Origin: the human T2T-CHM13v2.0 reference genome, Homo sapiens
Assembly (NCBI RefSeq): GCF_009914755.1
Contig: NC_060944.1
Length of the DNA stretch: 64,000 nucleotides
Strand: one strand, 5' to 3'
In this document: positions 18,319-41,881 of the stretch, in pieces
Numbering within the stretch: position 1 is the stretch's first letter
How the letters are laid out: each line of letters begins with the position of its first letter
Made by a program: the position numbers and the translations under genes
The notes under the pieces: generated by a model
Database searches by the model: none
The model's input: only the letters and a program-made list of their open reading frames with translations
Told to the model about the DNA's origin: nothing

Positions 18319-19286
18319 GTGGGCACAGGCTGGAGGTGGCTGGGGAACTTCCGGTGGGAAGTGGGCCCCGCAGGACCTGGCCTTGCCCCTGGCCAGAAGG
18401 GCCTTGGAGAGGGGGCTTTAGCCTGCCCTCCCTCTACCCTCCTCCCCATCAGTTTCCTCCTTTGGTACCTGCTGGCTTCCAGAGCCATCTTGGGGCCCTG
18501 AGAACTCCTTGGGCTGGCTCTGTGCTGAGATGGGGCTAGGGGACTCGCAGAGGACACAGGGCATTGAACTTGGAGACCTCCTGGGCTGGTGGGAGACAGA
18601 CGTCAGTTGACCTGAGAAGCAGGGGTACTTGCCTCTTCTCTTGTCCCCTGCACCTAGGGTTGTAGAACGGAAGTCAGTCACTGCCTTGCTGGAAACCCTC
18701 CCATGCCCCTCTGTGTTCTCCAAACAAAACCCAGAGGCCCTGGGTGGCCCACAGGATATCTGTCCTCAGTCACCCTGCCATGCTCACTCTACTGGAGCCC
18801 CACTGGCTTCCTTCGGTTCTCATCCAACCATTTTTTGGCCAAGGCCCTTACTCTTCCTTCCACCTGGACCACTCTTCCTCACTGGAGCTTGACACGTGCA
18901 GCTTCTCCTCCTTCAGGTCTTAGCTTCAGTGTTACCCCCTCCCAGAGGCCTCCCCTGGTCTCCTTAACCTGTTTATTTCCCTGCCAGCAAGGATCGCAAT
19001 CTGACTTTTTTTTTTTTTCTTGTTAAACTTGTTCATTGTCTCCCCACTGGGCAGGGAGATCCATAAGGAGAGGGGCCCTGTTTATAAATCTCTGTGGGAT
19101 TCCAGTTCCTGGGACAGTGGGTGGCACACAGTAGAAGCTCAATAACTGCTTGTTGGATAAATGAATAGAAATATGAGGGACCCTGGGAATGGGAAGGACA
19201 AACAACCAAATGAGCCTAGTGTGAGGAGGAGTGGGGAATATTAGAGAACCCCTCCCGGAGAAAGGGACTTTTAGTCTGGGTGCTGA

Positions 19287-19565
<279 letters not shown>

Positions 19566-20389
19566 TGAGGAGTGCATGGCTGGCCTGAACCCAAGGGACA
19601 GCAGGACAGGATATTCTTGCCTGTAGAACAGTTCTTCCTAATGGCACGTTCTGGCTTCAGGAGGCCTGGCTTCTAACCCTAGTTATGTCATTAATCAACT
19701 GTGAAATACAGAGCAGGTCACTTCACCTCTCAGTGTGTCCTCATTTTAAAAATCAGACCGTAACAGTAGCTATCTCATAGGGTTGTTAGGAGGTGTACTG
19801 TATTAGGATGTTAGGCCTTATACAACAGAAGAAAACGGAACAGTGACGTAAACAAATTTGATGGCAGGGAGTCCAGATAGGGAGGTTCTGCTCCCGACAG
19901 TCCTCAGAGGCTCATATTGTTTCTCTCACCATTCTGCCATTCATTCCCAGATTCCTCATGGTGCAAAATGGCCATTCCAGCTCCATCCAGCCATCACATC
20001 ACAGGAGGAAGGGAAGAAAGACACCCCTCCACACTCTTCTAAAGAGCATAGCTCAAAAATTGTACACACTTCTTCCGTTAATTCCTGTGGACCAGAACTG
20101 ATTCCCACAGCTACAGTTCAGCTTGAGGGGAGACTGTATAGCCAAGATATTCAGCTAGAATTCAGGGGTTCGCTTGGTAAGGGAAGGGAAGAGAATGGAT
20201 ACTGTCGGTCTGTGCTCCAGGAGACTTAAACTCAATGCTGAAACACTTTGCACAATGCCTGGCGTGTTATGCACTCAATAATAAACATTAGTGTCTATCG
20301 TTATTTTTTGACTGCTTTTTCATTACTGGATAGTAAGGCAATAGTTTTATGGTTTCTGATTTTTGGTTCTCTTGGTGGGTCCCATTTGG

Positions 20390-22905
<2,516 letters not shown>

Positions 22906-23384
22906 CATTGGCCACTTGATTTTAAACAAAATATTGAGATATCTACTTCTTGAAATGATTGCTTGAGACAGTACCTGTGTACTCCTTGCTATGAAAAATG
23001 AGGAAGTTAACATACTCATCTTCCACCTTTCCTTTTCCTTACTTTTTTTGTTGAAGTATCATTGTGGACACTTTCCCAGTTGACTTCCACTTGATCCCCT
23101 GAATTAACTAACTGGCACTGGCGTTTCCTTTGTAAAATGTACAATGTCAGCCACCATCTTGCTACTAAAGTGTGGCCTGTGGACCACAACATGGGGGGAA
23201 TCTCAGGTCTCACCTCAGACTTGCTGGGTCAGAACCTGAGTTTTGAGAGGCTCTGGGCAACCGGCACCTCTCAGACCTGCTGTTGGGTTCTCATCGATGG
23301 ACCCGATGCTTCCTAGCAAATGATACCTGTTGTATGTGTTATTGGTAATAACATAGTTTACTTAGCTATTACATTAATTAATAA

Positions 23385-23975
23385 AACATGAGCGCTGAAA
23401 GAGTTGTTTCTGTGAAAATAAGCTGATTGCTTTAAAAAGATAAGAGACAAATCACCAAAAAAAAAAAAAAAAAAAGATTAACACTTTTGGGTGAGACAGT
23501 AGTAAGGAAATACAGTAAAAATCCAGAAGGGCTCTGTGCTCTGATGCTTCAGGAGTGTGTCTAAGTTCTTGCTCGCTTTAAAGAAGCTGCTACTAGAAAT
23601 TATAGATCATGATTATCGATGTGGTTCATACAAAAAAAAAAAAGAAAAATCCCTGGGAAACTCCAATGAGCAGGTATAAACTCACGCTGGGCATGGCGGC
23701 TCAGCACTTTGGAAGGCTCAGGCAGGAGAATGGCTTGAACTCGAGTTTAAGACCAGCCTGGGCAACATAGTGAGACCTTGTCTCTGCAAAAAATAAAAAA
23801 AATTAGCCAGGCTGGGTGGCACACACCTGTAGTCCCAGCTATTTGAGAGGCTGAGATGAGAGGATTATTAGACCCTGGGTGGTTGAGGTTGCAGTGAGCC
23901 ATGATCATGCCTGAGTGACAAGGTGAAACCCTGTCTCAAAGAAAGAAAGAGAGAAAAGCCATTGGCTGTACACCT
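23385..23975 (+). mobile_element. Decayed Tigger/pogo-type transposase remnant interrupted by an AluJ (23686-23945)
   Basis: Degenerate pieces resembling the pogo N-terminal HTH region (..GETVV.., ..WF.Q....G.P.S..., ..KEKA..); by eye only. Confidence 0.4.
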
Positions 23976-24633
23976 AGAGACTGGCCAGTGAATATGCATT
24001 TATAGTATGTAAGTTAAAATTAAGTGTTTAAGCTTTGTCTGCAGCTGTTTTTGTGATTCTCTGCTGTTCACCAGCGATCCTGATGTCACATTGGATGAGA
24101 GAGCTCCAGCTGTATTTTTTTGTTGATAGTGTTAAGATTATAGCTTTAAAAAATTTTGTTTTCTAACATAATTAAGGCCTTTATGCTTTGCCTCTAGGTT
24201 GATTCTAAAAGTGTAACACTACTAGAAAGGATTTATAGTATTTTGATTATGGAAATATTATTCACTATAGAATAACTAGTGCAGTTGAAACCATATGCAC
24301 TTTTATGTTTCAAAACCCTTATTGCTGGAAGAACATTTTGGGGTTAAGATCCAGTCCTTTTCATTTTTTACTTTTCTTCTATTCTCCTGTATCAGACTCA
24401 TCTATTTTTGTTTTTCAAGAACTTTTCACGTGGAAAATGTGGTAAACTTTTAGAGTCTTTGCATGTTTAAAAATTTCTATATTTTGCTCTGTCAATTCAT
24501 TGATAGTTGACTGGGTATTCAAATTGTTTACCTGAAGAATTTTGAGAGCATTTTCTGGACTGCTTTTAAATAAATTTCAGATATTATTTTATCCTTAAAT
24601 ACTTTAGTATGTGTCTTCAAAAAATTAGGACTT

Positions 24634-26535
24634 GGCGGGGCACGATGGATGATGCTTGTAATCCTAGCACTTTGGGAGGCTGAGGCAGGTGGACTGCTTG
24701 AACCCATGAGTTCAAAACCAGCCTGGGCAACATAGTGAAACCTTGTCTCTACAAAACATTAGCTAGGCATGGTGGTGCGCCCATCTAGTCCCAGCTACCC
24801 AGGAGGCTGAGGTGGGAGGGTCACCTCAGTCCAGGAGATTGAAGCTGCAGTGAGCCAAGATCATGCCACTACACTCCATCCTGGGTGACAGAAGTGAGAC
24901 CCTGTCTCAAAAAAAACAAAAACAAACAAACAAAACCCCTCAATACTATTATCACACCTTAGAAAAGGAATAAGAATTCCTTAAAATCCGCTAATGCCCT
25001 GTTTATATTCACATTTTCCTATTTCATTAGTGCTTTTTACAATTGGTTTCTTCAAATCAGGAGCCAAACAAGATCTACATGTAGCATTTCTTACTATGTC
25101 TTAAGTCCCTTTTACTCTCCTCTATTTTTATGCCACTAGTTTTTTTTTTAAGAAACCTGGTCTTTTGACCTCTAGAATTTTCCCCATATTCTGGATCTAT
25201 CCATTACCTCTTCATGGTATGTATTAGACCACTCTAGCATTGCTACAAAGAAATATCTGAGACTGGGTAATTTGTAAAGAAAAGAGGTTTAATTGACTCA
25301 GTTCTGCAGGTGGTGTAGGAAGCATGGTCCTGACATTTGCTTGGCTTCTGGGGAGGCCTCAGTGAACTTTTACTGAAGCGGGAGCAGGCACTTCACATGG
25401 TGAGAGAGGGAGCAAGAGAGAGAGTTGGTGGGGAGGTGCCACACTTTACAACAGCCAGATCTCACGAGGACTCACTATGGCGAGAAGTCACTACAGTGAG
25501 CGCAGCACCAGGCTGTGAGGGAGCTGCCCCTATGACCCAAACACCTCCCACCAGGCCTCACCTTCAACACTGAGGATTACAGTTCAAGGTAAGATTTGGG
25601 CAGGGACAAATACCCAGACTATCATGGTGTCATTTACTATCTCCCGTTTTTCCTGTAACTGGTAGTTAGAGATAAAGTTTCAATTAGTCAGCAGTCACTT
25701 TTTTTTTTTTTTTTTTTGAGACAGAGTTTCACTCTGTTGCCCAGGCTGGAGTGCGGTGGCGCAATCTTGGCTCACTGCACGGTCCGCCTCCCGGGTTCAC
25801 ACCATTCTCCTGCCTCAATCTCCTGAGTAGCTGGGACTACAGGCGCCCGCCACCGTGCCTGGCTAATTTTTTTTTTTGTATTTTTAGTAGAGACGGGTTT
25901 TCACCGTGTTAGCCAGGATGGTCTCGATCTCCTGACCTCGTGATCCACCCACCTCGGCCTCCCAAAGTGCTGGGATTCAGCAGTCACTTTTAATGTGCAG
26001 GAACTCTTCCTCATTTTTTGGTTGCTTCATGCCTTTCCTTGCTTTCTGAATGCAGTGTTTTCCCAAATCTCTCTGAAGGTACTAGTTAGACTTCACTGTT
26101 GCTTATTGTTCCATACCCTAAATGATCTCTGTTTCCTTTGGGGTCGGTTCTGTTTTTTCATCTTTTCATGCTTTTGATTTTCCAAACATGTTGGAGGATC
26201 CTCAAGAAAGTTAAAACCACTTTCTCTGGAATAATACCATGTAGATTTAAATCCTGCCTCTGGCTGAACACAGTGGCTTACTCCTGTAATCCCACTTCGG
26301 GAGGCCAAGGCAGGAGGATCACTTGAGGCCAAGAGTTCAAGACCAGCTTTGGCAACATAGTGAGACCCTGTCTCTACAAAAACTTAAAAAATTAGCCAGG
26401 CATGGTGGCATGAGCCTGTGGTCCCAGCTACTTGGGAGGCTGAGATGGGAAGAGCCCAGGAGGTTGATACTGCAGTGAGCCAAGGTAGCACTACTGCACT
26501 CCAGCCTGGGCCACAGAAAGAGAGCCTGTGTCTTA
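24634..26535. mobile_element. RBCK1 intron 2 Alus (+24634-24935, AluY -25698-25977, +26262-26535)
   Basis: Alu consensus; AluY TSD CAGCAGTCACTTTT. Confidence 0.85.
25220..25624 (+). mobile_element. MST (MaLR) solo LTR
   Basis: TGTATTAG...gagactgggtaattt...gaaaagaggtttaattg...ACTATCA; 5-bp near-TSD TGGTA/TGGTG. Confidence 0.85.
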
Positions 26536-26939
26536 AAATTAAATCAAGACATACAAATGAATCCTGCCTCTAACAGTTATTAGTTGCTTAGTTTGGCAGA
26601 GTCACTGGAACCTATCTGTGCCTCACATTTTTATCTGTAAAACAGGGATACAGCAGTACCTGTCTGATGGGTTGGTTGAGAGGATTAAATGAGTTAATAC
26701 ACATGAAGTGCATTAAATAGTCTTAGCACGTAGTTAACAACAACTTCTGGTGGTTTCACTAAGGAGCAGGGGAGAGAAGACAGAAGAGGTTGGAGAGGTC
26801 AGGGAGGTGCCAGATCATGGAGGCCCTTGTGTGCTGCCACGAGTTGATTCTAAGAGTAGCGTGGAGCCATTGGAGGGGCCTAACTGGTGGGTTCTAATAA
26901 AGGAAGAAGCATGGGTGGGGCCTACCCCAGACTGGGGTT

Positions 26940-26965
26940 TGTGTGTGTGTGTGTGTGTGTGTGTG
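26940..26965. repeat. (TG)13 microsatellite
   Basis: Read directly; ~100 nt upstream of RBCK1 exon 3. Confidence 0.95.
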
Positions 26966-27047
26966 CATGGCCATGTGCCTGTGTGCAAATATGTACATGT
27001 CTGTAGCCGGTGGCTGAGGCTGGACCCCTGGCCAGAGCCCATGCTGA

Positions 27048-27486
<439 letters not shown>

Positions 27487-27806
27487 TGAGCACCGCCGGA
27501 CCCAGCGGGGGCCCTGGACTCACTTGAGGGCATAGGGCAAGCAGGGGCAGAGCCCCTGGGTTTTTAGTCAGGGACTCACCCAGAGGACCCTATCCAAGTG
27601 GGGAAGAGAGGACCTAAGACACATGGGAGGGAGCATTTCAGGGACCCATCATGAGAACAGCTGGCACGGGGAGGGGTGGACTCCGTCCAGGCTCCGGCAT
27701 TCCCAGCTGTGTGACCTTGGGCAAGGTTGCTCCTATCTGCTGCCCAGTTTGCTAAAATCATAAATTGGGTATGACAGTGATCGTGATAACTAGTGTTTAT
27801 TCTTAA

Positions 27807-28210
<404 letters not shown>

Positions 28211-28876
28211 CACATTTGCTTTCTTTTATCATTCTCTTTCTATATAAAATTATTTTTTTTCTGAACCATTTTGAGAGTAAGTTGCAGACATGATGTCTCT
28301 TTCCCCTAAATAATTCAGTGTGCATTTCCTTGAAAAGAAAGGTCATTTTCTTACATTACTGGGTATAACAATCCAACTCAGGAAACTAACGCTGATACAG
28401 TACTGGTATCCAGTCTACAGATCTTACTCAGATTTTACCAGTTGTCCCACTATTGTCATTTATAGCAAAAGACTTGGCATTCTGCTGTCATGTCTCAGTC
28501 CCTTTCAAAGAGTCCAGGCCAGTTTCTTTTTTTTGGCGGGGGTTGGGGGCTGATGTTTCCTCCGGAGTGGATCAAGTCACTGTTTTGGCAGGACCGCCTC
28601 AGCGGTGCTCTTGGGTCCCTCTTGGTGCATCCTTCAGGAGGCACGGAAGGGCTGGTGTTATGCTGGGTTTTGAAGCTCAAAGGACATAGAAGCATTTATC
28701 GGTGGAATAGGGACCCTGACCCTGGGGAAGCCAGGATGCCCACTTGGCCAGATGGAAGCTGGAGGTACCCCCAGGGAGGAGGGAGAGGATAGGGGGAGGG
28801 TCTGCCTGGCTGGCTCAGGGAGACCCACCCCCATGGGTGTGGACCAAGTGGGCCGCGTGGAACCACCACCCTTTAA

Positions 28877-29445
<569 letters not shown>

Positions 29446-29578
29446 TGCCCTCTCTCAAAGGTCACCCTGTGGCTGAGACCCGCTCCCTGGCTGTGGCGCA
29501 CATCCAGGTTCACATGCCCCACTCCCACGTGGGCTGTGGCTCCATCCCCAGCTTTGACACACCACACGAGTATGGCTG

Positions 29579-29627
29579 GCCATGACCCCAGCACCCTAGC
29601 CATGACCCCAGCACCCTAGCCATGACC
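29579..29627. repeat. 20-bp tandem repeat CATGACCCCAGCACCCTAGC x2.4
   Basis: TGACC at 29583, 29603, 29623. Confidence 0.85.
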
Positions 29628-30207
29628 ACACCTCAGCTCGGACCTCACCCCCACCCGTCTGTGACCTAAGCCTGCTCCACCTCGCCGTGACCTCACCCTG
29701 GACTCTCCTACTCCTGACCTCTTCCCTCTCGGGCTGGGCCCACCCCTGACTTCCTGAGAGCCTGGCCTGGACCCTCGCTGCGCCCTAGGGGGATGACCCC
29801 CGACCCCGGTCCTACGCCTTAGCCCTACCCCGCCCCCATCGTGACACACGCACTAATGACACAGACATTGATCCCCGAGTGCTCCCCATTCTGATCTCAC
29901 CCCTGGCCCCACCTGCATTCCCCTTGGACCCGGTGCTGCCCCTGGCCACCCCACTCCTGTTCCCGTCTCAGCTCCTCGGCTTCGTCACTTCCCCACCCCT
30001 GACGTTGAGTGGCTCCACCAGCCCTGGCCCGGGCCCTGCCCTGCTACCTGACTCACCACTCAGACCCCGGCCCCCTTCCTTACCTTGCTGCCATTGCTGT
30101 CTCACCTGGCGCCTTCCGTGGCTACCTGGCCGGCCTCCCCTCCCTTGGCTTCCCCACCTCCACCTGGCCTCACTCCCAGCCCCGCCCCTCCCAACCTGCC
30201 TGCTCCT

Positions 30208-30509
30208 GCCCACCCCATCCCCCGTCCCCATCCCCCATCCCCCGTCCCCCGTCCCCATCCCCCGTCCCCCATCTCCTGTCCCCCGTCCCCATCCCCCGTC
30301 CCCCGTCCCCCATCCCATCCCCCACCCCCATCCCCCGTCCCCCGTCCCCATCCCCCATCCCCCATCCCCATCCCCCGTCCCCCGTCCCCCATCTCCTGTC
30401 CCCCGTCCCCCATCCCCCGTCCCCATCCCCCACCCCCATCCCCCACCCCCCACCCCCCATCCCCCAGCCCCACCCCCATCCCCCACCCCCGTCCCCCATC
30501 CCCCATCCC
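30208..30509. repeat. C-rich minisatellite (C4-5RT)n in RBCK1 intron 6
   Basis: Runs of CCCCCGT/CCCCCAT/CCCCAT; a 30-bp block repeats at 30261 and 30381. Confidence 0.92.
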
Positions 30510-30543
30510 TACTGGCTCCCAGCTTTGCCTGTGGCTGGTCTGA

Positions 30544-31017
<474 letters not shown>

Positions 31018-31794
31018 TAGACGTGAGCGCAGGCGTGGGGGGAGACTCCCTTCCCCTCTACCTTTCGCCGCCCGGGCTCCTGCAGCCACGCTGCTCTCAG
31101 CCTCGCTGTGGGCATCTGCCAGTTTCTGAGTCTCCTGTCATGGCCCCCCCACCCCTGAATGTGGGGAACACAGACCCGCTCACCACAGCGGACCCTTGTG
31201 GAGCCGCCCCTGGGTGACAGGCTCCGTGCCTGCCTCCTGCAGCTTACATTCCAGCAGAGAGGCTGATGAGAATCGGATAATCGCTGGTTGATGTCTTTGT
31301 GAATTGTGTCAAATGCTACATACAGTACATTAAGAGACAACAGGAGTCCTTCCCAGAGAGGGTGGTCTGGAAGCTTCCAAGGAGGTAGCCCCAGAGCAGG
31401 GACCGGAAGGCCTGCTGTAGGTGTGGGGTGTGGGCCTGGCCTGTTGGAGGAGACTGAGGAGGTCTCTTGGTGGCTGGAGCAGAGGGATGAAGGGGGTAAT
31501 CAGAGCAGGATAGAGAGGTGTTGGGTACGTGAGCAGCAGTGAGGAGTTGGGATTTGTTCTGGGTAGGATGGGAGTCACTGGGGAGACATGGCTGCTGTTC
31601 TGAGATAGACTCTAGGGGCCAGATGGATGCAGGGAGCCCAGCGAGGAGGCTCCTGGAGTCACCCAGGTGGGGGATGTGGGGCCTGGACCAGAGAATCAGA
31701 GCGGCAGTATGGAGGCAGGGTGGAGGCCTTGGTGATGGGTTGGTGAGAGGGATGGGAAGGAAGGAGATATTGAGGAGAAGTCCACCTGGGGTGA

Positions 31795-32049
<255 letters not shown>

Positions 32050-32081
32050 TAAGGAACTGGGCCCTGAGCAGGCAGCAGACA

Positions 32082-36907
<4,826 letters not shown>

Positions 36908-37048
36908 TAAAATCCACTCTTTGAATGGAGTTTTTCAACACTATGAGGATTACATGAAGAAAAGAGCCTGGGGCTGGGTTGGAGTTTCTGGGCTGGGGGC
37001 TTTCTGGAGGGTATTTAGTGGTCAAGGGTCATATGTCAGGTGTTCTGA

Positions 37049-37288
<240 letters not shown>

Positions 37289-38259
37289 TAGTCACTGTCA
37301 TCTTGCCTGGAGCTCACCACACTGCAGTGCGTGTTCTCCTGGGAAGGGAGCTGTGACACTGGCCTGCTGGTCATGACTTAGAGCTACATGTCAGTGGGAG
37401 AGTGTGGCTTGAGCCTGAACTGAGCCCTGGCCCCACAGACGGAGTCCCAGCCCCAGCCCCAGATGGAGCCTCAAACCTAGGCAGCCCTGGTTCACAATGG
37501 AGCCCCGACCCTGGGCCAGTCTGACCCCAGTCACAGACTGAATCCCAGTCCCACATTGAGCCCTGATCCCATCCAAGTCCATAGACTTGGCCTCTGACCA
37601 AACCTGACCCTGCACTTGTCACTTAAGGTGGTCCCATATTCAGCTCAGACCCTGAACCGAGCTCTGACCCTGGCTTCTGACTGAATCTGTGACAGACTAA
37701 GGCCTGACCCTGGCCCTATACCACGTCTCCACCCGTGTCCTCAACTGAGTGCTGACCCCAAACCTAGACAGCCCTACCTGATCCTTCCCCCAGGCCTGTC
37801 CCCGCCGCTTCATCTCAAAAGTTGAAGGTGAGGAGCCGGTAAACAGGTCTGGAGCCTGGTCTCAGACTCAGCCTGAGCAAGCTCAGTCTGGGGTCATTGG
37901 GCCTGTAACCCCGGGCAGGCCCTTGTTAGGGATGCAGGGTCTCACCCTAGGGGTATAAGGGATTTCTGTGCCCATCAGAACTTAAATAAGCTGGGTGTGG
38001 CAGCACATGTCAGTGGTCCCAGCTACTCAGGAGGCTGAGGTATATTTTGCTGTTAGCATATGTGATGACCTTGACTTCACCTCCCTGGCGCCAATATCCT
38101 CTTCTGTAAAATGGCTTATGCATTACAAAGTGAGGTCCTGCCAGTGACTACACCTAGAGGCATTAAGTGCCTTTGTGGACTCCTGCCCTGCACCTCACCT
38201 CTCCCAGCTTCTTAACCCCCTGAGGAACCTTCTTACCTTGAGTCCCTCACCCGCTACAG

Positions 38260-38358
38260 GCCATCCATGAGCAGATGAACTGCAAGGAGTATCAGGAGGA
38301 CCTGGCCCTGCGGGCTCAGAACGATGTGGCTGCCCGGCAGACGACAGAGATGCTGAAG
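38260..38358 (+). CDS. RBCK1: RBCK1 exon 10
   Basis: tacag|GCC...AAG|gtgagg; [12 protein letters not shown]; 99 nt. Confidence 0.96.
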
Positions 38359-38629
38359 GTGAGGCTGGGACAGGGCCGAGGCCTAGGGATTTTAAGTTCT
38401 GGGATCCAGGTGGGGGCTGGGGGCTTCCCAGTAAGGGCTGTGCTCACACATCCCTGGAGGCTCTGACCTCCCTTCTGGCTGTCACTCCCATCCGGAGGTG
38501 GGACTTAGGCCGAATGGTCATGTCAGGAAGAGCGTCTGGGTGGAGGGTGGAGACCACAGGAATGAAGAGGGGGTTGCTGGATGGAGCCTGGCCTGGCAGA
38601 GCCACACAGGAGAGACTCCACAGCTCTAG

Positions 38630-39530
<901 letters not shown>

Positions 39531-40118
39531 CTAGAGGACAGCAAGTAAAGGTTCGATCTGGAGTCAGAGGTGGATTGGCCCCTGGCTCTGGCACATACTG
39601 ACTGTGTGATTAGGCTGCCTGCCACTCACCTCTGTCAGCCCCATTTCCTCTGTGAAATGGAGATGATAGCTGGGCTTATCTCAGGCTTGTTGTCAGAATC
39701 AAGTGGAAAAATTGCAAGAGAAGTGCTTAGAGAGCCTGTCACTTGGTGAGCACCCTTGCAGATGGTAGCTGTCGTTATTAGGGGTGTGCTCTGGAATTGG
39801 GGGCCTGTTGCTACGTTCAGGTAGACTTTCAGACAGGTGGAGGCAGAGGAAACTGCCCTCTCGCATGCTGACATGTCTAGAATATGCAGAGTGGTCAGAT
39901 CCTCTCCCTGGCCTGTTCCCGGATCTAGGCGTGGGTAGACTGAGTGCTGTGGGAGCCCAGAAAAGGCCTCAGTGACTCTCCATCAGGTAGCTGAGGCTGA
40001 CCAGGCCATTCTTGCAGGAGGACCTGCAGAGGCAAAGGCCCGGGGTGGGAGAGCGCTCGGCTGTGGGGGCAGTCTCTGCACTGCGCTGACATTCTCTTCT
40101 CTTCCTCCCATCCTCTAG

Positions 40119-40199
40119 GGCCCAGGAGACACCAGCGGGGGCTGCCGCTGCAGGGTAAATGGGATTCCTTGCCACCCAAGCTGTCAGAACTGCCACTGA
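40119..40199 (+). CDS. RBCK1: RBCK1 exon 12 coding part (C-terminal Cys/His tail)
   Basis: tctag|GGC; [29 protein letters not shown]; total CDS 1533 nt. Confidence 0.97.
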   Translation, partial: [26 protein letters not shown]

Positions 40200-40714
40200 G
40201 CTAAAGATGGTGGGGCCACATGCTGACCCAGCCCCACATCCACATTCTGTTAGAATGTAGCTCAGGGAGCTTCGTGGACGGCCTTGCTTGCTGTAGCGTT
40301 GTAGGGGCCCTGCCTGCACTGCGGTTGTCCACGGTCACATCTGCCCCAGTGCCTTTGTCCTTCCCTTGGGGCTTGCCGGCCAGACTTCTCTCCCCTGCGG
40401 CTCCCACCTCTGCCTGACCCCAGCCTTAAACATAGCCCCTGGCCAGAGGCCTTGCTGGGTGGAGCCTCTGTGTGACTCCATACTCCTCCCACCACAACAC
40501 TCATCTGTCAAACACCAAGCACTCTCAGCCTCCCCGCCTTCAGCTGTCAGCTTTCTGGGGCTAACTTCTCTGCCTTTGTGGTTGGAGGCCTGAGGCCTCT
40601 TGGAACTCTTGCTAACCTGTTCAGAGCCAGGAAGGAGACTGCACAGTTTTGAAAGCACAGCCCGTCAGGTCCGGCTCTGCGTCTCCCTCTCTGCAGCCTG
40701 TGTAAGCTATTATA

Positions 40715-40720
40715 ATTAAA
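40715..40720 (+). terminator. RBCK1: RBCK1 proximal poly(A) signal ATTAAA
   Basis: ATTAAA with upstream TGTA and downstream GT-rich sequence. Confidence 0.65.
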
Positions 40721-41875
40721 ATGGTTTTCCGGGAAGGGATGAGTGTGATGTCCTTGAGAGGAAATGAATGTCCTGGCCTGGGACTCTACACACAGGCAGG
40801 ATCCTGAGGTCTCTGGGAACTGCATCAGAAAGTTGACTTGTCAGTCCATCTGTGGTAGAATGAGGCTGTGACTGAGCACTGGGACCTTTCTACCAGATGT
40901 GGACCCCATGCCCAGCCTCAGGGGCAAGGATGCTCTTGGGTCACCGTCAGCCAGGACAGGTGGAGTGTGCAGTGTGTCAAGTCTGCAGAGAAGGATGGGC
41001 TTAGGGGCGGGAGGGGAAGTCTTGCCACTCCTGCTCCCTTTTGACCTCTCAGCAGGCATCTAGGGTTGGCAGGTAGATAGTTCAAGAAGGAACGAAGCTG
41101 CTGCAGTTGAGGGGTGGGGTTGTCCATCCTATTTTCTCGTCTCAAGCAAGATGGCACAGTATCGATTCAGCAGTATTTACTAGAACCCACTCTGTGCTGG
41201 TCGGAGGTTACTAAGACAGGGTCCTGGGATGTTCATTCTCTAAGTCTTTCCTCCGCTCTGTGACCCACCCTCCTTCCCCTTTTGAGATCTGGTATTTGAT
41301 GCCCAACACATTGTCCACGCTGTGACGTGACCATCATCATAGCAGGCAGAGGGCGCCTCTGCTGCTGAAGGCCTGTGATTTTGTGGGGAAGGGCCTGTTC
41401 TAGCAACTGGAAAGGCACTGCCACCTGCCGTTGGATGCCAGGACTCAAGAGCTGGCCCCAGTCACTGTGCGCAGAGCTGTCTGAGAATGTGTGAGTGGAC
41501 TGGGTCCTTCGGCACTGCCTGCATTGGCTCAGGGCAGTCAACCGTCGCAGAGGATGAGGGGCACACTCAGGCAGCCTCCCCGGCCCTGGAGGCAGAAAGG
41601 CCCAGGCAGAACCACTGACTGGGAGGAAACAGAAAAAGCAGAGGAGAGCCAGGCTGCAGGCGTGTGGATGGGACCAGCTCAGGCAGACGCTGTCTCATAC
41701 CCACTCTCCCCTCTCTTGCCAGGGCCTGGCCTGGTGTCTCTCAGGAGCCTGGGCATGAGACAAAAGCAGAGATTGTTCTCTTGTGGTACCACAGGCTGTA
41801 ACCAGTCCACCCAGTGTTGTTTTAGAAATTTAAATCGGTTGCCCATCTTTTTAAATTGGCAACATCGTTTACCAC

Positions 41876-41881
41876 ATTAAA
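41876..41881 (+). terminator. RBCK1: RBCK1 distal poly(A) signal ATTAAA
   Basis: ATTAAA in an AT-rich island 1.7 kb after the stop. Confidence 0.6.

Larger units (their letters stand above)
17200..18330. promoter_or_regulatory. RBCK1: CpG island / RBCK1 promoter and first exon
   Basis: Very high GC and CpG density; GC boxes; ETS motif CCACTTCCGG (17821-17830); ends at the first coding donor. Confidence 0.9.

Noticed and set aside
41322-41357. CRE-like TGACGTGA and CTCF-like CAGGCAGAGGGCGC in the RBCK1 3'UTR
   Set aside because: Imperfect short matches expected by chance; need ChIP data
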